Notes under the pieces: generated by a model
The model's database searches: none
The model's input: only the letters and a program-made list of their open reading frames with translations
Told to the model about the DNA's origin: nothing
Assembly (NCBI GenBank): GCA_051294375.1
Contig: CM119270.1
Location: 2,971,213 to 3,035,212, forward strand
Reading direction: 5' to 3'
Length of the DNA stretch: 64,000 nt
Source: Paraspadella gotoi
Taxonomy: Eukaryota; Animalia; Chaetognatha
Position numbers and translations under genes: made by a program
Shown: positions 13,116 through 25,263 of the stretch, piece by piece
Position numbering within the stretch: the first letter of the stretch is position 1
How the letters are laid out: every line of letters begins with the position of its first letter

Positions 13116-13540
13116 TTTCCCCTAGGGATACATCTCCCCCGCGACCTCGCTCCCCGTCGTCCTTAGCAACCAATGGGCGTGGCCTTACGATGGACACCTT
13201 TACCGAAAGAAGCGAACTTCTCTTCTCGTGGGTTCAACGCCCGAATTCGACCTGGCTCTCTTCACGGTCCTTCACTTGAAGCGGCCCATGGAGGTCACCA
13301 GGTAAAAGGGCCAGACTGTTGTGACAGTCTGATCGCCTCCGTTGCGCGAAGGATCGATTGCATTTTGGCAGAAACCATCTTTTATAAAGAAAACACGATG
13401 GCCATTAGGAATGTGACTTTAAACCCCCGAAAAAATTGATTATTTTTCTCTCAAGATTCAAAATTGGACCCCAAGAATTTCTGGTGCAAGATTACAACAA
13501 CGCCAACGGGACTGTTGCCTCCATCTTCTTTTTGTTGTGA
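11314..13540 (+). CDS. ENDOU: EndoU/XendoU-family uridylate-specific endoribonuclease. Exons: (11314-11328?), 11364-11485, 11837-11945, 12337-12448, 12604-12803, 13126-13301, 13456-13540.
   Basis: GT-AG introns with consistent phases and no internal stops. Translation: LSNFFTKLWTED...KLFQYVDESFLSRPTTAAMIALHDNY...EIDIFLDRVVNTPTMQRAFQFL...LWFDLYSR...SSGFEHVFMAE...KGMHNW...IDYRGY...KRTSLLVGSTPEFDLALFT...ASIFFLL*. These match EndoU hallmark motifs. The 5' end is uncertain. Confidence 0.95.
11660..11766. repeat. (GAAT)n microsatellite in an EndoU intron
   Basis: Direct reading. Confidence 0.98.
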
Positions 13541-15044
13541 GGAGGAGGAGGAGGAGGAGGAGGAGGAGGAGGAGACGAAAAAGATGACGAAGATTGTTGT
13601 CCGAAATTTATTTTGTTTATCGTTTTCTTTCGGTTTGCTTTTCTGCAAAAGAAAATATTTTTAGATCTGCCGATTTTATAGTTTTTTCTTCTCTTAACTT
13701 TCTTTATTTTCGAAGATTTATTTAATTTCTAAAGTATAAATCATTGTAAAATTGTATGCGAAAAAAATACTCGAGTGAACTGATATCTGTACAATCGAAT
13801 ATAATTTTGCAATNNNNNNNNNNNNNNNNNNNNNNNNNTGCAATTTCATATTACATCCGCTAATGTTTTTCTGTTAATATTATCACGCTGACTAATTCAA
13901 GTTAACCTAACATACCAAACTTTTAAAAAACGTCAGAAAAATATTGTCTTTAAATAAACTAAAGTTTTCATGTAAAGTCCGACGACCACTTATTATTCAA
14001 TACGGCCCGTTCGGTCAGGGGGCCCGTCGGTCTGCTGTCCGTCGCTGCGGAAAGAAGCTGAATGTAAACCAAAAGACTTTAATATTGTATAAAGAGTGTA
14101 AACATTTCTCATTCACGTTTTGGAATGGATATAAGAAAGAGCTGCTTTAACTTTGTGATTCTATTGCGTTTTATTACTTTTTCCTTTTGCGAATGATTGT
14201 GATAATATTTATTATTTTACTGTTGAATATTCATATAGATATACAATTGTTCGCCGGTAAGAACGCTGAATATCTATATGCTTTGATTATTTTATTAAGG
14301 TACCATTAAATATCAAGACTCCAAGTGGATAAGAAACTTATTATAAACTTACGGCGCCAGCGGTCCGGTCTTTAAGTCTAGTTTCTTCCGACTTCTTCTC
14401 CTCTGCCGCTAGGTCGAGGAGGGGTTCTTTCATCTGGTGCATCGCGCGGAAACACGTCTTCAACGGCGTGGAGGATCGCGATTCACGCGGAAGGAACTTT
14501 ATATATGGGGATGTCAGTCGTTTCGAAACTAGACGTATTTACTATTTAAATTTGGTATCGTTGGAGGAATGGCGAAATAGCCGAAATCCTAAATTTCATA
14601 AATCGGACTAAGCATTAAAAGTAATCGGCAAAAAAAAAGACCGCGAAAAACGCGGTCTCGGCGGATCAACTCGCGCTATTAAAGCGATTCGTTTTGTTCT
14701 ACAAAGAAAGTACTACGTAGTTCCAAATCATTAGAACGCCGATTTAGGCGTAAGCCCTCGTATGCGTGATCCGGGCCTCATAAGAAATGACTGAAAAAAC
14801 CGTAGACTCAGCGGAATCATACAGAATACTGAAGTAGACAAAATAAAGGTAAAGTACATTATTTTCTAAGATTTATTCAAACTAACTGAAAAAATGACAA
14901 AATAAAGAAAAACTGAACCAAAATTTTGCAAATAAATGACTAAAATGAGTATAAAAAGGCTTTGTGATGACCATCTGTCCTTTCTCAACTCTGTGTTGGA
15001 AACTTTGGCCCCATTCTCTCTCTCTCTCAATTCACAACTTTTTA

Positions 15045-15083
15045 ACGCTGATGAAGGGTTGTACCTATGCCGAAACATGTCGT
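15045..15083 (+). ncRNA. Degenerate minimal type I hammerhead ribozyme (same family as 62804)
   Basis: ACG-CUGAUGA-AGGGUUGUACCUAUGCC-GAAA-CAUGU-CGU. It lacks the nucleotide at the cleavage site relative to the 62804 copy and shares the downstream aaatcgttg. Confidence 0.55.
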
Positions 15084-16571
15084 AATAATAATATAAATCG
15101 TTGGTTAAAACTAATTTCAAACTCTCTAATTCCAGCTTTAAAAATTCTTAGTTTTTTATGAAATAATAAAAAAACTGAATAAATCATCGAAATAGATGAT
15201 GAGTGAATGATTTTTTACGGTTTTCTTTTTGACTCACGTAGTTGAAAAATTTTAAAAGAGAATTATACTTTGTAGACTTATCTATCTGAAGCTGTCTTAA
15301 AATTTAAAAATTATCAATCTTTCTATTTAATAAATAAATTTAAAATAATTAATTATTTGGGTATAGAGCCAATAAGAAAATGTTTTGTCCATTGAAAGTA
15401 CTTAAATGTAATAAATTTTCGTTTGAGCATGTAATCATTCTAAATTTTTGACTAACCCAATTGAGTTGGGCTATCCTATTTACAGTAAGAGAAAATAAAA
15501 TGAAATTATAAGAATAAGATTGATTTAAATTTAATTTTTTTAAATAAATTTATTTTACTTAAAAATAAGTAATTGTTGCCTTCAAGTTTAAAATTATATT
15601 ATCTCGTTATTATCTTGCTCTCACTGAAATTGATTATTTTCATTCTTATTCGCCCTCCTCAATCTCATCTATCCTCACCACCTAAGAAGTGTTGGAAGCT
15701 TTATGGGTGGCTCTCTCCATCATCTAAATTAAACCTTTAAATTTTATTTAGGAGCGACCAGTTTTAGAATAAATTAAAATAATTAAAATCGGAAAAAGAA
15801 AGCTTTTAGAAATGAAAATCCACTATTAAGTACGTATTTATAAACAAAATTTTGTCTAGTTTTTTCCATTCAGATTATATTAAATTTAAAAAATTTATGC
15901 TTGATAAACGTACCATGTTTTATTCAGAACAATAAACAATTTAACATCTGCTCTTATCATGATCAGATGAGCGCAGTCTCAAGAATTTTTTACTTTAGAT
16001 ATTTAAATTTAAAATCTTGAACATTCAGGTTGCATTTAATTGTTTATTTCATCAAAAAAGTAGCCCAAAGTTGCAGTACAAAGTGGATTTATTTAGCATT
16101 AAAAATCAGGAATATAAAAGTTAAACACAGTATCATTGATTTTTGATGAACCCCCTAGAAATTAAAATTTAAAGTCCAAACTTTGAAAATTTAACTTGGA
16201 ATCGCGGATTGCAAAGATGATGCGCCGGCTGATGACGTTTTGGAGCCCTCGGCCTTTATCTTCATTGTAAAGTCGCTAAATTTAATTGGGATCAGCACAT
16301 TACGTTTCGTTGAAACTTGTCAAAAGAACTTAAGAAATACTAACAACCTCAGCTTGTATCTGAAGCCAGCAAAATAAGTACTCTTACTCAAAACCGCCAA
16401 TTCTCATCAAATTATAAAATATCTAATTTTTCCAAACTACAAGTGCATAAAAAAGCACGAAAAATGGAATCTTATAAACGCAAAAGTTTAAAGGCCACGT
16501 TGATATTAGGATTCTACAATGAACCAAACTTTGGAATCAGCGGTTATTGAGAAGCCTTACTGGACAAAATA

Positions 16572-17481
16572 CCCTGTATCCGTTAGCGAGTGTCACCAAA
16601 ATGCTTAAATATTTTGTTGGAATGAATGAATTTCTGCCATCTTGTACTGGACATTTATTATGTCCTAATTCATAAAAGTAATTTAACATTTACTTCATGT
16701 AAAGAACCTTTTTTAAAGATCATCCAATTTCGTTTTTCAATAAAATACTTAAAAAAAATCTTTATAAATTAATTATTCATTAAGTATTCAAATGTATTGA
16801 AATTCAGATACACCATTAAATAAAGCAGTAACTGAAATTTTTACATTAAAAAATATTTTTTGCGTTGAGAATCAATAACATGCTTAAAACAACATTTTTT
16901 TTAAATCGGACTTAAGATTACAATTAAAAAAATATATTTTTTGTGGTCTAAAATCCACGCAACCATTCATCAGCGGCCATTGGTGCCGGAGGCAAAGTCA
17001 TCGCCTCACCAACCCAAAGGTTCCGGGGTTCTAGCTGGTGGTCTCTGGCAGTTAAGAGGGACGGGGCGCTTAACCCGGCTTGTAACATTGGTTTTTACTA
17101 GCTGATCCGAGCTCAGGGACTGCTTATATGAACGGTTCCTGTTCCACTAACACATAACAATTATCACTGTCTCTCAATATTAAATCATTACTAAAAAATT
17201 ACATGTTACAAGAATTCAAATACGCCATTAACTAGATTATTGTTAATTATTTTTAATGATATAAAATTATTTAATGTATCAAATAGCCTCTTTAATAATT
17301 TTATTATATTAAACAAAAATGTTAAACTTAGAATAGTAACAAATAAATCTTGAAAATGAAATTTATAAACAAATAACGTCCAGTAGTTGTCCAACTAATG
17401 AAAAACTAATGAATTAACTTTATCAGATATTAAAATTAGAGTAAAAATTGTTTTGGTGTCACTCGCGCGACGGACACGGGG
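16572..17481. mobile_element. Non-autonomous DNA transposon with ~30-bp TIRs (CCC(C)GTGTCCG..GCGAGTGACACCAAAA), copy 1, carrying a nested family A element
   Basis: Inverted termini at 16572-16601 and 17451-17481. The interior is homologous to 18920-19975. TA precedes the left end (Tc1/mariner-like, tentative). Confidence 0.7.
16938..17176 (+). mobile_element. Solo-LTR-like family A element with tRNA-like cassette, copy 1
   Basis: Homologous to the 18670, 55007 and 60291 copies. Probable TSD atat. Absent from the paralogous host copy at ~19230. Confidence 0.75.
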
Positions 17482-18669
17482 TTAGCATCGCTAATTATAT
17501 TAAAAATCATTAGATTCTGTAACGTTAAGGCATTAGTCATATTTTCATAACAAAAATCTATTTACTTTTTGAAGCTCATTTATCTCATTATAACATTAAC
17601 CAGTATTCATTTGATGTATCTAACAAAAGAAACATTTATTTAAATATTAAATAATTACCTTTAGTGTTCATACTGCTTTTTAATAGATTGTAAGTTGTTT
17701 TTGCCATCTATCAGCGGTCTGAGTGTTGATAGACTGGATATCAACCTTAATATAAAAATAAAGGAATAAACAACAAACTAAAGGCATTACGAACATAGTA
17801 TCATATCTAACTTTTATCTTCTCCCCATATCAAGGAAACCGACAATTTTTGAAAAATATTTTATTGAAAAATTTTATTCCTACAATAATTAATTAAAACG
17901 ACTTGGTATATGTTTTAATGACAGGTAAGCGCAACTTTTCATGTTACATCGCTTACTTGTATGTATTTTTGTTTTTGGTTGAATTTACAAGTTTGTAATC
18001 CGGAAGAGATCGCCTAACAAGCTGACGTACCACTCGTGTAGTTAATAAGCCATAGTACAGTATCCATCTGTAAATTAAATTAAAACATGACACTCAGTAT
18101 TACGGTATTATTATTATATGTGTTTCTAATACTTATGCAATATGTATTTGCATGAGAATAGAACAACAGGTCATCTGGAATTATATGCGCAAGTCCTCTC
18201 CGTACTAATTAGTATTACATAAGTAGGACTGGCTGGTCCATCCTCCAAAATAAGTAAAATCTTATTTAGTGATCCGTTTGTTGGACGAAATCATCTCTTT
18301 CTCTTGAGTCTGTAAAGAAGTAAAATTATGAGTACATTAATATATACCTATATATAGATAAAACGTACATAGTATAAAAAACATACTGAAAACTATATTT
18401 TGGTAACAGAGGAGAGCCCAGGAATGGTTAGTAAATACCCCTAAGGACTGTTAGTGGCTGCCTCCATAACCTTTTAACCCAACTACCCTAACCCAAAACC
18501 ATCGCCTATATACTCATAACCCAAAACACCATTAACCCCAATCGGCGAAATGGAAAATTAACCATTTAGCCTATAACAAAATTTTAAATATAATTATTTA
18601 TTAAGCATAACGTAAAAATATTAACACTTATTACAAAAAAAAAAGGAGCTAGTATTTGAATATGGCTTT

Positions 18670-18894
18670 TGAAGAGACAGTAATTATTATTATGTTGTTG
18701 GACAGAACCGTTAAATGTAAGCAGTCCCGAGCTTTGGATCAGGCTGTAACACTGTGTTACAGGCGGGTAAGCGACCCATCCCTGCTAGGCGACCACCGGG
18801 TTAGAACCCAGGACCTCTGGGTTGGGAGGCGAATGACTTGCCTCCGGCACCAATGGCGGCAGATGAACGGTTTAGTGGATTTCAGTCCACCATA
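18670..18894 (-). mobile_element. Family A element, copy 2 (best-preserved tRNA-Gly-like cassette at 18789-18860)
   Basis: Termini TGAAGAG...CACCATA on +, perfect 4-bp TSD cttt/cttt. Confidence 0.8.
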
Positions 18895-18919
18895 CTTTAA
18901 CTATATTAATTGATAAGTA

Positions 18920-19975
18920 CCCCATGTCAGTTTCGCGAGTGACACCAAAAAAAATGCCGTACCATTTCTCATTGGATAATATTTTTTAAATATTTCCTAA
19001 TTCTGTAGTAAAGTACTTATGTTTATTATATTTTAATTTGGTCATCTATAATTAATTACTCATTAAATACTTTAAAATTATTAAAATTTATTTACACCAT
19101 TAAATTAAGAATATCTGAGAATCCTTAGAATATAAAATAATTATTCAACACAGTCAAGAACATGCTCAGGACAGCATTTTTTATACTTGGACGAATTGTA
19201 TGAAAGAAACTTAAGATTTACAATTAAAAAATAAATAAAAAATCATTACTCAAAATTACTCAACATTACGATAATCTCAGTACGCCATTGATTAGACCAT
19301 TAATAGAGATTTCTTATGATATAAAATATTTTAAGAATTCAATCAAGAAACGCCTAAAATGGTCTTTTTTAACCAATTTTACTGTGTTATGATAAAAAAA
19401 ATGAAAATAGAATAGTAAATTTAATTAAAACGAAATTATACATAAGTAGTTCTCCAAGTAATGATATACGTTGAAGACCTGTCGGATCAACGCACGGAGA
19501 AATATTCGCCTCAACGCACAATGGCAGAGCCGCGAAAACTAACGAATCGGAGAGCTTAAAGAAAAAGCACAGAACTAAAAGATTTCACAGCCTCTGAAAT
19601 TGAACGTTTTTAATGTTTATTTTGTAGAATATTCGATGTACAATGATGTTCGTTTATTTTTGTAACACTCATTGTACCTTTCGTTCGACATGTATTTCAC
19701 CATGTTTATGTATTTAACCAATTGTAAACGTATGTTTGTATCCATCAACAAACAACCGGATCAAGTGCTCGGGTAAAGTTTTTAAAATTGCTGTCAATCA
19801 GGCGCCGATCGCAAAATATTTAAATGTTGTATTTTTTTTCTATTCGTCGCTCGTATTTCCAAAGATAATAAACTTACTTATGCAAAAAGTGCCCCTTATC
19901 TTATGAATTATGTTTTTGAATATTGAAAGTCTTGTAAAGATTTTTTTGGTGTCAACTCGCGACACGGACACGGGG
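18920..19975. mobile_element. Non-autonomous TIR DNA transposon, copy 2
   Basis: ccccatgtcagtttcgcgagtgacaccaaaa ... ttttggtgtcaactcgcgacacggacacgggg; interior similar to 16572-17481. Confidence 0.7.
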
Positions 19976-21250
19976 AATAACTTGTAATTAGTCAATTTCA
20001 ACCACCCGAGTCCACTTCTGTTCAACAAACCCTCTCCGCTAGGTCGAGGAGGGGGTTCTTTCATTCACTTTTTCCGCTGTTCATTTTTTTTCCTCTCACT
20101 TTAGCTACCCAGAGGTCGGGATAANNNNNNNNNNNNNNNNNNNNNNNNNNNNNNNNNNNNNNNNNNNNNNNNNNNNNNNNNNNNNNNNNNNNNNNNNNNN
20201 NNNNNNNNNNNNNNNNNNNNNNNNNNNNNNNNNNNNNNNNNNNNNNNNNNNNNNNNNNNNNNNNNNNNNNNNNNNNNNNNNNNNNNNNNNNNNNNNNNNN
20301 NNNNNNNNNNNNNNNNNNNNNNNNNNNNNNNNNNNNNNNNNNNNNNNNNNNNNTGAGGTCCTAAGTTTTGAAATGAAAAATCATACGTCGTTTTTGTTTA
20401 GAAATCACTTAGTTAAAATTGTATCTATCTGATAGAGTAGTCAGAAATACTGAGGTACGTTCCATCGNNNNNNNNNNNNNNNNNNNNNNNNNNNNNNNNN
20501 NNNNNNNNNNNNNNNNNNNNNNNNNNNNNNNNNNNNNNNNNNNNNNNNNNNNNNNNNNNNNNNNNNNNNNNNNNNNNNNNNNNNNNNNNNNNNNNNNNNN
20601 NNNNNNNNNNNNNNNNNNNNNNNNNNNNNNNNNNNNNNNNNNNNNNNNNNNNNNNNNNNNNNNNNNNNNNNNNNNNNNNNNNNNNNNNNNNNNNNNNNNN
20701 NNNNNNNNNNNNNNNNNNNNNNNNNNNNNNNNNNNNNNNNNNNNNNNNNNNNNNNNNNNNNNNNNNNNNNNNNCTCCGCATACGTTAAATAATATTCTCT
20801 AACTAATAAACTAATAAGTAATAAAGTAAGCGAAAGTTTCCTTTCTCAACTCGATCCAGTACAAATTGCAATCGTTCTAGAATTAACATTTTTCTATCAA
20901 ATTTAAAATTAATTATTACGCCTCAGTTATATTTTGATAATGCGATGAGATTATTCAATAAATGAGCTATCTTTTTAATTAGGACAGGCTGTGCTGGGTG
21001 TGGATCTCATCTCGGTAACAACCTTGCCACAACCATACCACCATAACCATTTACCACCCTTTCCCCTCTGCCACCCTGCCCCCTCTCCCCTTCCCCCACT
21101 CCCTACTACCCCCTCAACCCCTCACCCCTCTCTCCTCCGCCCCCCCTCCGCCCCCCTCCGCCTCGCCGAATCGATTTTCGCCCAATTTTCGCCATCGTGA
21201 AATTCATGGAACCGATCCTTTGTTTTTTTTTTCGCGGCTTCGGGGAGAAT

Positions 21251-21282
<32 letters not shown>

Positions 21283-21289
21283 GAGAGAC

Positions 21290-21320
<31 letters not shown>

Positions 21321-21472
21321 AGAGAGAGATAGAGGATTGGGAGATTTGGGGCAGTTGTGTCCAAAAAAAAATTGTGTGAAAGGCTGAAAATTGTAATCTC
21401 GTGAAATGATGTGAGAAAGGGTGAGAGGGTGAAAGCGTATGTGTCTGGTTGTGAAAAAAATTGAGAGAGAAG

Positions 21473-21549
<77 letters not shown>

Positions 21550-22042
21550 AAGATGAATCACGATAGTTTGGGGATTTTCGGCCCGTGAAAATCTGTATGT
21601 GATGAAGCGAGAAATATTTACGTCGAATCAGTGAAATGAAAGATGTTCTTTTTTCTGGGGAGGCGTGAATTCTTTTTTTGGGGGGGTCGGGGGGAAGAGT
21701 GATGTAGGGGGGAGGGCGTAGGCCATGGGGGGATCCACATGTAGACCATCAGAAGATGGGAGGATGGTAAATAAGAGATTCGAGATGAGGAAAGGAGAGG
21801 CAGGAGAAAAGTGAAGGAGTGATTGACTGACCGACCGACTGAAAAGGGGACGTTTGGATGTAGGCGGATGACAATTAGGGATGACAGTGAAATGTTACGG
21901 ATTATGGATGATATCGACTGGAGGTGGCTTCAAACCAAGTATGACTTCGATCTGAATAGGACGAGGGATCAAATCAAAACTCGACCACGACTCTCTCCCT
22001 TATTATTTTCGTTAAACGTGGGTGGGCGCGGCAGCCGCCACC

Positions 22043-22080
<38 letters not shown>

Positions 22081-22863
22081 CGCTGCCGCCGCCGGCCACG
22101 CGCGGGTCTTAGATGTTTAAAGATTCGTGTTGTAGTTAAAAAAAAATGGTTGAATAGTTTAATGACCGAATAGGAGGGTTAAATGATTATCCCTTTCGTA
22201 TTAAAAGGTGGCTGGGCCGACAAATGGTCGGCGAGTATTGATTGGCATTGATTGGCCCAAAAAGTTGTGTGGCTTGTTGTTGTTGTGGTTGATGTTGTTG
22301 TTGGTGTTGTTGTTGTTGTTGTTGTTTTGGCCTTATGATCGGCTGGAGGGAGAAAGAGGGCAAAGAAGGCGAAGAAAAAGTCAAAATCGAAAAGAGAAAC
22401 TGGGGTCGGGAAGGAAATGGATAAAATGGAAAAGTGAAAAGGAGAGAAGGGGAAAAGGGATAAAATGGAAAAGGGATAAAAGGAAAAAATGGAAAAGGAG
22501 AAAAAGGGAAAAGGGTAAAGGGAAAGGAAATAAATGGAAAAGGGATAAAAGGGAAAATCGAAAAGGAGAGAAAGGGAAAAGGGGGAAAAGGGGAAAAGGG
22601 ATAAAATGGAAAAGGGACAAAAAGAGAAAGGGGAAATGGGAAAAAGGGAAAAGAGATCAAAGGGAAAAGGGGGGAAAGGGAAAAGTGGAGAAAGGCAAAG
22701 GGGAAAAGAGGAAAAGGGGAGAAAGGGACAAGAGGAAAATGGAAGGTTCTTATTAAAATGGATGTAGTGAGAAGGTTTCGCGTTTTGGAGAAAAACCTCG
22801 TTTATATGGAAAGGACGGTGAAACGATTTTAAATGTGAAATGAAGTGAAAGGTGAAGTTTAAT

Positions 22864-22957
22864 AAAATGAAATGAAATGAAATGAAATGAAATGAAATGA
22901 AATGAAATGAAATGAAATGAAATGAAATGAAATGAAATGAAATGAAGTGAAATGAAA
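22864..22957. repeat. (AAATG)n microsatellite, preceded by a polypurine low-complexity tract at 22400-22745
   Basis: Direct reading. Confidence 0.95.
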
Positions 22958-23663
22958 CGAAGCGAACTCGACGTGGACATAAAACGATGCGATGTGAGTC
23001 TCCGTAAAATATGGCGCGGTTGTTCACGTGAGATATTCACCGCGCTTCGCAAAAATCCTCTTTGGAGAACAATTTTGTTTGTGAATCTTTTTTTTTTTAG
23101 GTGGTCCAGTTCTTTTTGTTTTTTTTCACGTGAAAAAAAGTTTTGTTAATCATCAAACTGGACAATAAAGTTGAGATCAAAACTCGAGCACAAAATCGAT
23201 TGTGAATTTTATGTTCCTTTTTTTTTCTCGGTTTTGCTTTTTTTTTTGTTCGAGAAATTTAGAAAAACAGAAACTGAACAAAAGTGAAGAAAACTGAAAT
23301 GTTTTTTTTAAATAGAAAAGAAAGACAAATTAAAAAGACGAAACTAATCGAATTGAAAAAATGTAAATGGAAAGAAATAAAATAACTAAATTAATTAAAA
23401 AATTTAAAATAAATTAAAAATGGGAAGTACAGAAAAATAAAAATTAGAAAGAAAATTAAATAAAATCTGGAAAATATAAGAAAATATAGAATAGAATAGA
23501 AAGTAAAATTAAAAATGGAAATGAAAAAAAATGGAAAAGAAAAGAAAATTAAAAATATAGGGAAAGGAAAATTATAAATAAAAAAAAAGAAAAAATCAAG
23601 AAAATTTATCGATTCTGTTACTCAATGAAGGAAGAACAACAAAAAAAAGATTAAGGGAGGAAA

Positions 23664-23721
<58 letters not shown>

Positions 23722-24127
23722 TGCCACCTATCGCTATTCATTTATGCCCGAGGATTCTCCTCGCTTTCATTAGCACAATCTCATCCATGCCAAGGCATTC
23801 CATGACATGTTATGAGGCACACCACTTTTGAGCCTTGAACTAATCGTTAAAACAATATTTTATATTCTTCAATATAGGGATGAGATTGTGTGTAAAAACA
23901 TCTGCTATTCCATATAAATAATTTCTGTCTATAATAGAATTTTGAAATTTCACGTTCTGTTTTACGATTGGAAACTCTGAAGGTCATTTCAAGTGAACAA
24001 CTTCCAAGATTATGCTTCATAGAACATGGCATGTTTTGTGATGAAATATTTAAAACATTTAAAACATGAATATTTCACACAGAAAATCGCTGGGATTGCA
24101 GTTAAGGATAATCTGAGATTGTCCGAA

Positions 24128-24350
24128 ACTTTAGTGATTGCACGCAGAGAACTTTAGTGATCGCACGGATAAAACTTCAGGGATTGCACGCAGAGAACTT
24201 TAGTGAATGCACGCAGAGAACTTCAGTGATTGCATGCAGATAACTTTAGTGATTGCACGCATAAAACTTCAGGGATTGCACGCAGAAAACATTAGTGATT
24301 GCACGCAGAGAACTTCAGTGATTGCGCGCAGAGAACTTTAGAGATTGCAC
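24128..24350. repeat. 23-bp minisatellite (ttagtgattgcacgcagagaact), ~10 copies
   Basis: Head-to-tail units with no spacers. Confidence 0.95.
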
Positions 24351-24674
24351 TTTTGTGATCGAGTCCGCTGCTTCAACAACATCAAAATAACGGAACCGAA
24401 AAACAAGTTGTTTTTTTTTTACCAACAAAAAAAATCCAAAAGATTTAATCCGTTTTTTTTTGTTTTTTTTAATCGCGAAAAAATATCCGATAATCGATTT
24501 TTTTTTCTTTCTTTCTTTTTTCTTTGTTTCTTTCTCTTTTTCTTTCTTTGTTTCTTTCTTTTTTCTTTCTTTGTTTCTTTCTTCTTTTTTTTCTTTCTTG
24601 GTTTCTTTCTATCTTTGTTTCTTTCGTTCTTTCTTTTTTTCTCAGTATCTTTGTTTTTTTCTTTCTTTCTTTCG

Positions 24675-25022
24675 TTTTAGTTGCGCCGGGGGAAACTCTA
24701 TGACTCACTTTTCGGTCGGTCTGTCCATTGGTTAGTCCCACTTTCATTAAATATGCTCATAACTTGCATATAGTTGGTTGCTCATTTGTCAAGCCAGGAA
24801 AAAACTTTAAATATAAGGGACTGCTCGCGCCGCCTTCAGGAAATCCTATAAACATTAAAAGACGAAATTCCGATGAAGTGCGTGTCATAAATACACGGGC
24901 TAAGAAGGTTATTCTAGTCATGTCATGTCATGACATGTCATGTCATGTCACGTCATGTCACGAGAAATACACGTGATAAGGCAGTCACTGCGGCGCAAAA
25001 CATTTGAATTACCGTTCTTGTT
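24675..25022 (+). mobile_element. Helentron-associated (HINE/DINE-like) element
   Basis: TTTTAG start, sub-terminal inverted repeat ttgcgccg/cggcgcaa, GTCG microsatellite, internal CATGT repeats, CTTGTT end and T-rich target site. Confidence 0.55.
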
Positions 25023-25227
25023 TCTTTCTTTTTTTTTATCTTTCTTTCTTTCTTTCTAGTATCTGCTTCTTTTTCCTTTTTTAACTTTTTTAAAAATTTA
25101 TTAGCGACTTTTTAGATTAATTCTTTTCTTGTTTTAAGTTTCAAGACAGAGAATGAACCGAAATCTCAAAACAAAGAAAACTCATTTGAGAATTAAATTC
25201 GACTGTAAATTGAGTCGAGAATGTAAA

Positions 25228-25263
<36 letters not shown>

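Noticed and set aside
17930-18315. Possible decayed exons on the minus strand
   Set aside because: Acceptor-like sites are present, but the frames contain stops and show no recognisable homology.
18789-18860. Functional tRNA-Gly gene
   Set aside because: The anticodon stem is unpaired, the T-loop is short, and it is embedded in a TSD-flanked repeat whose other copies are internally deleted.
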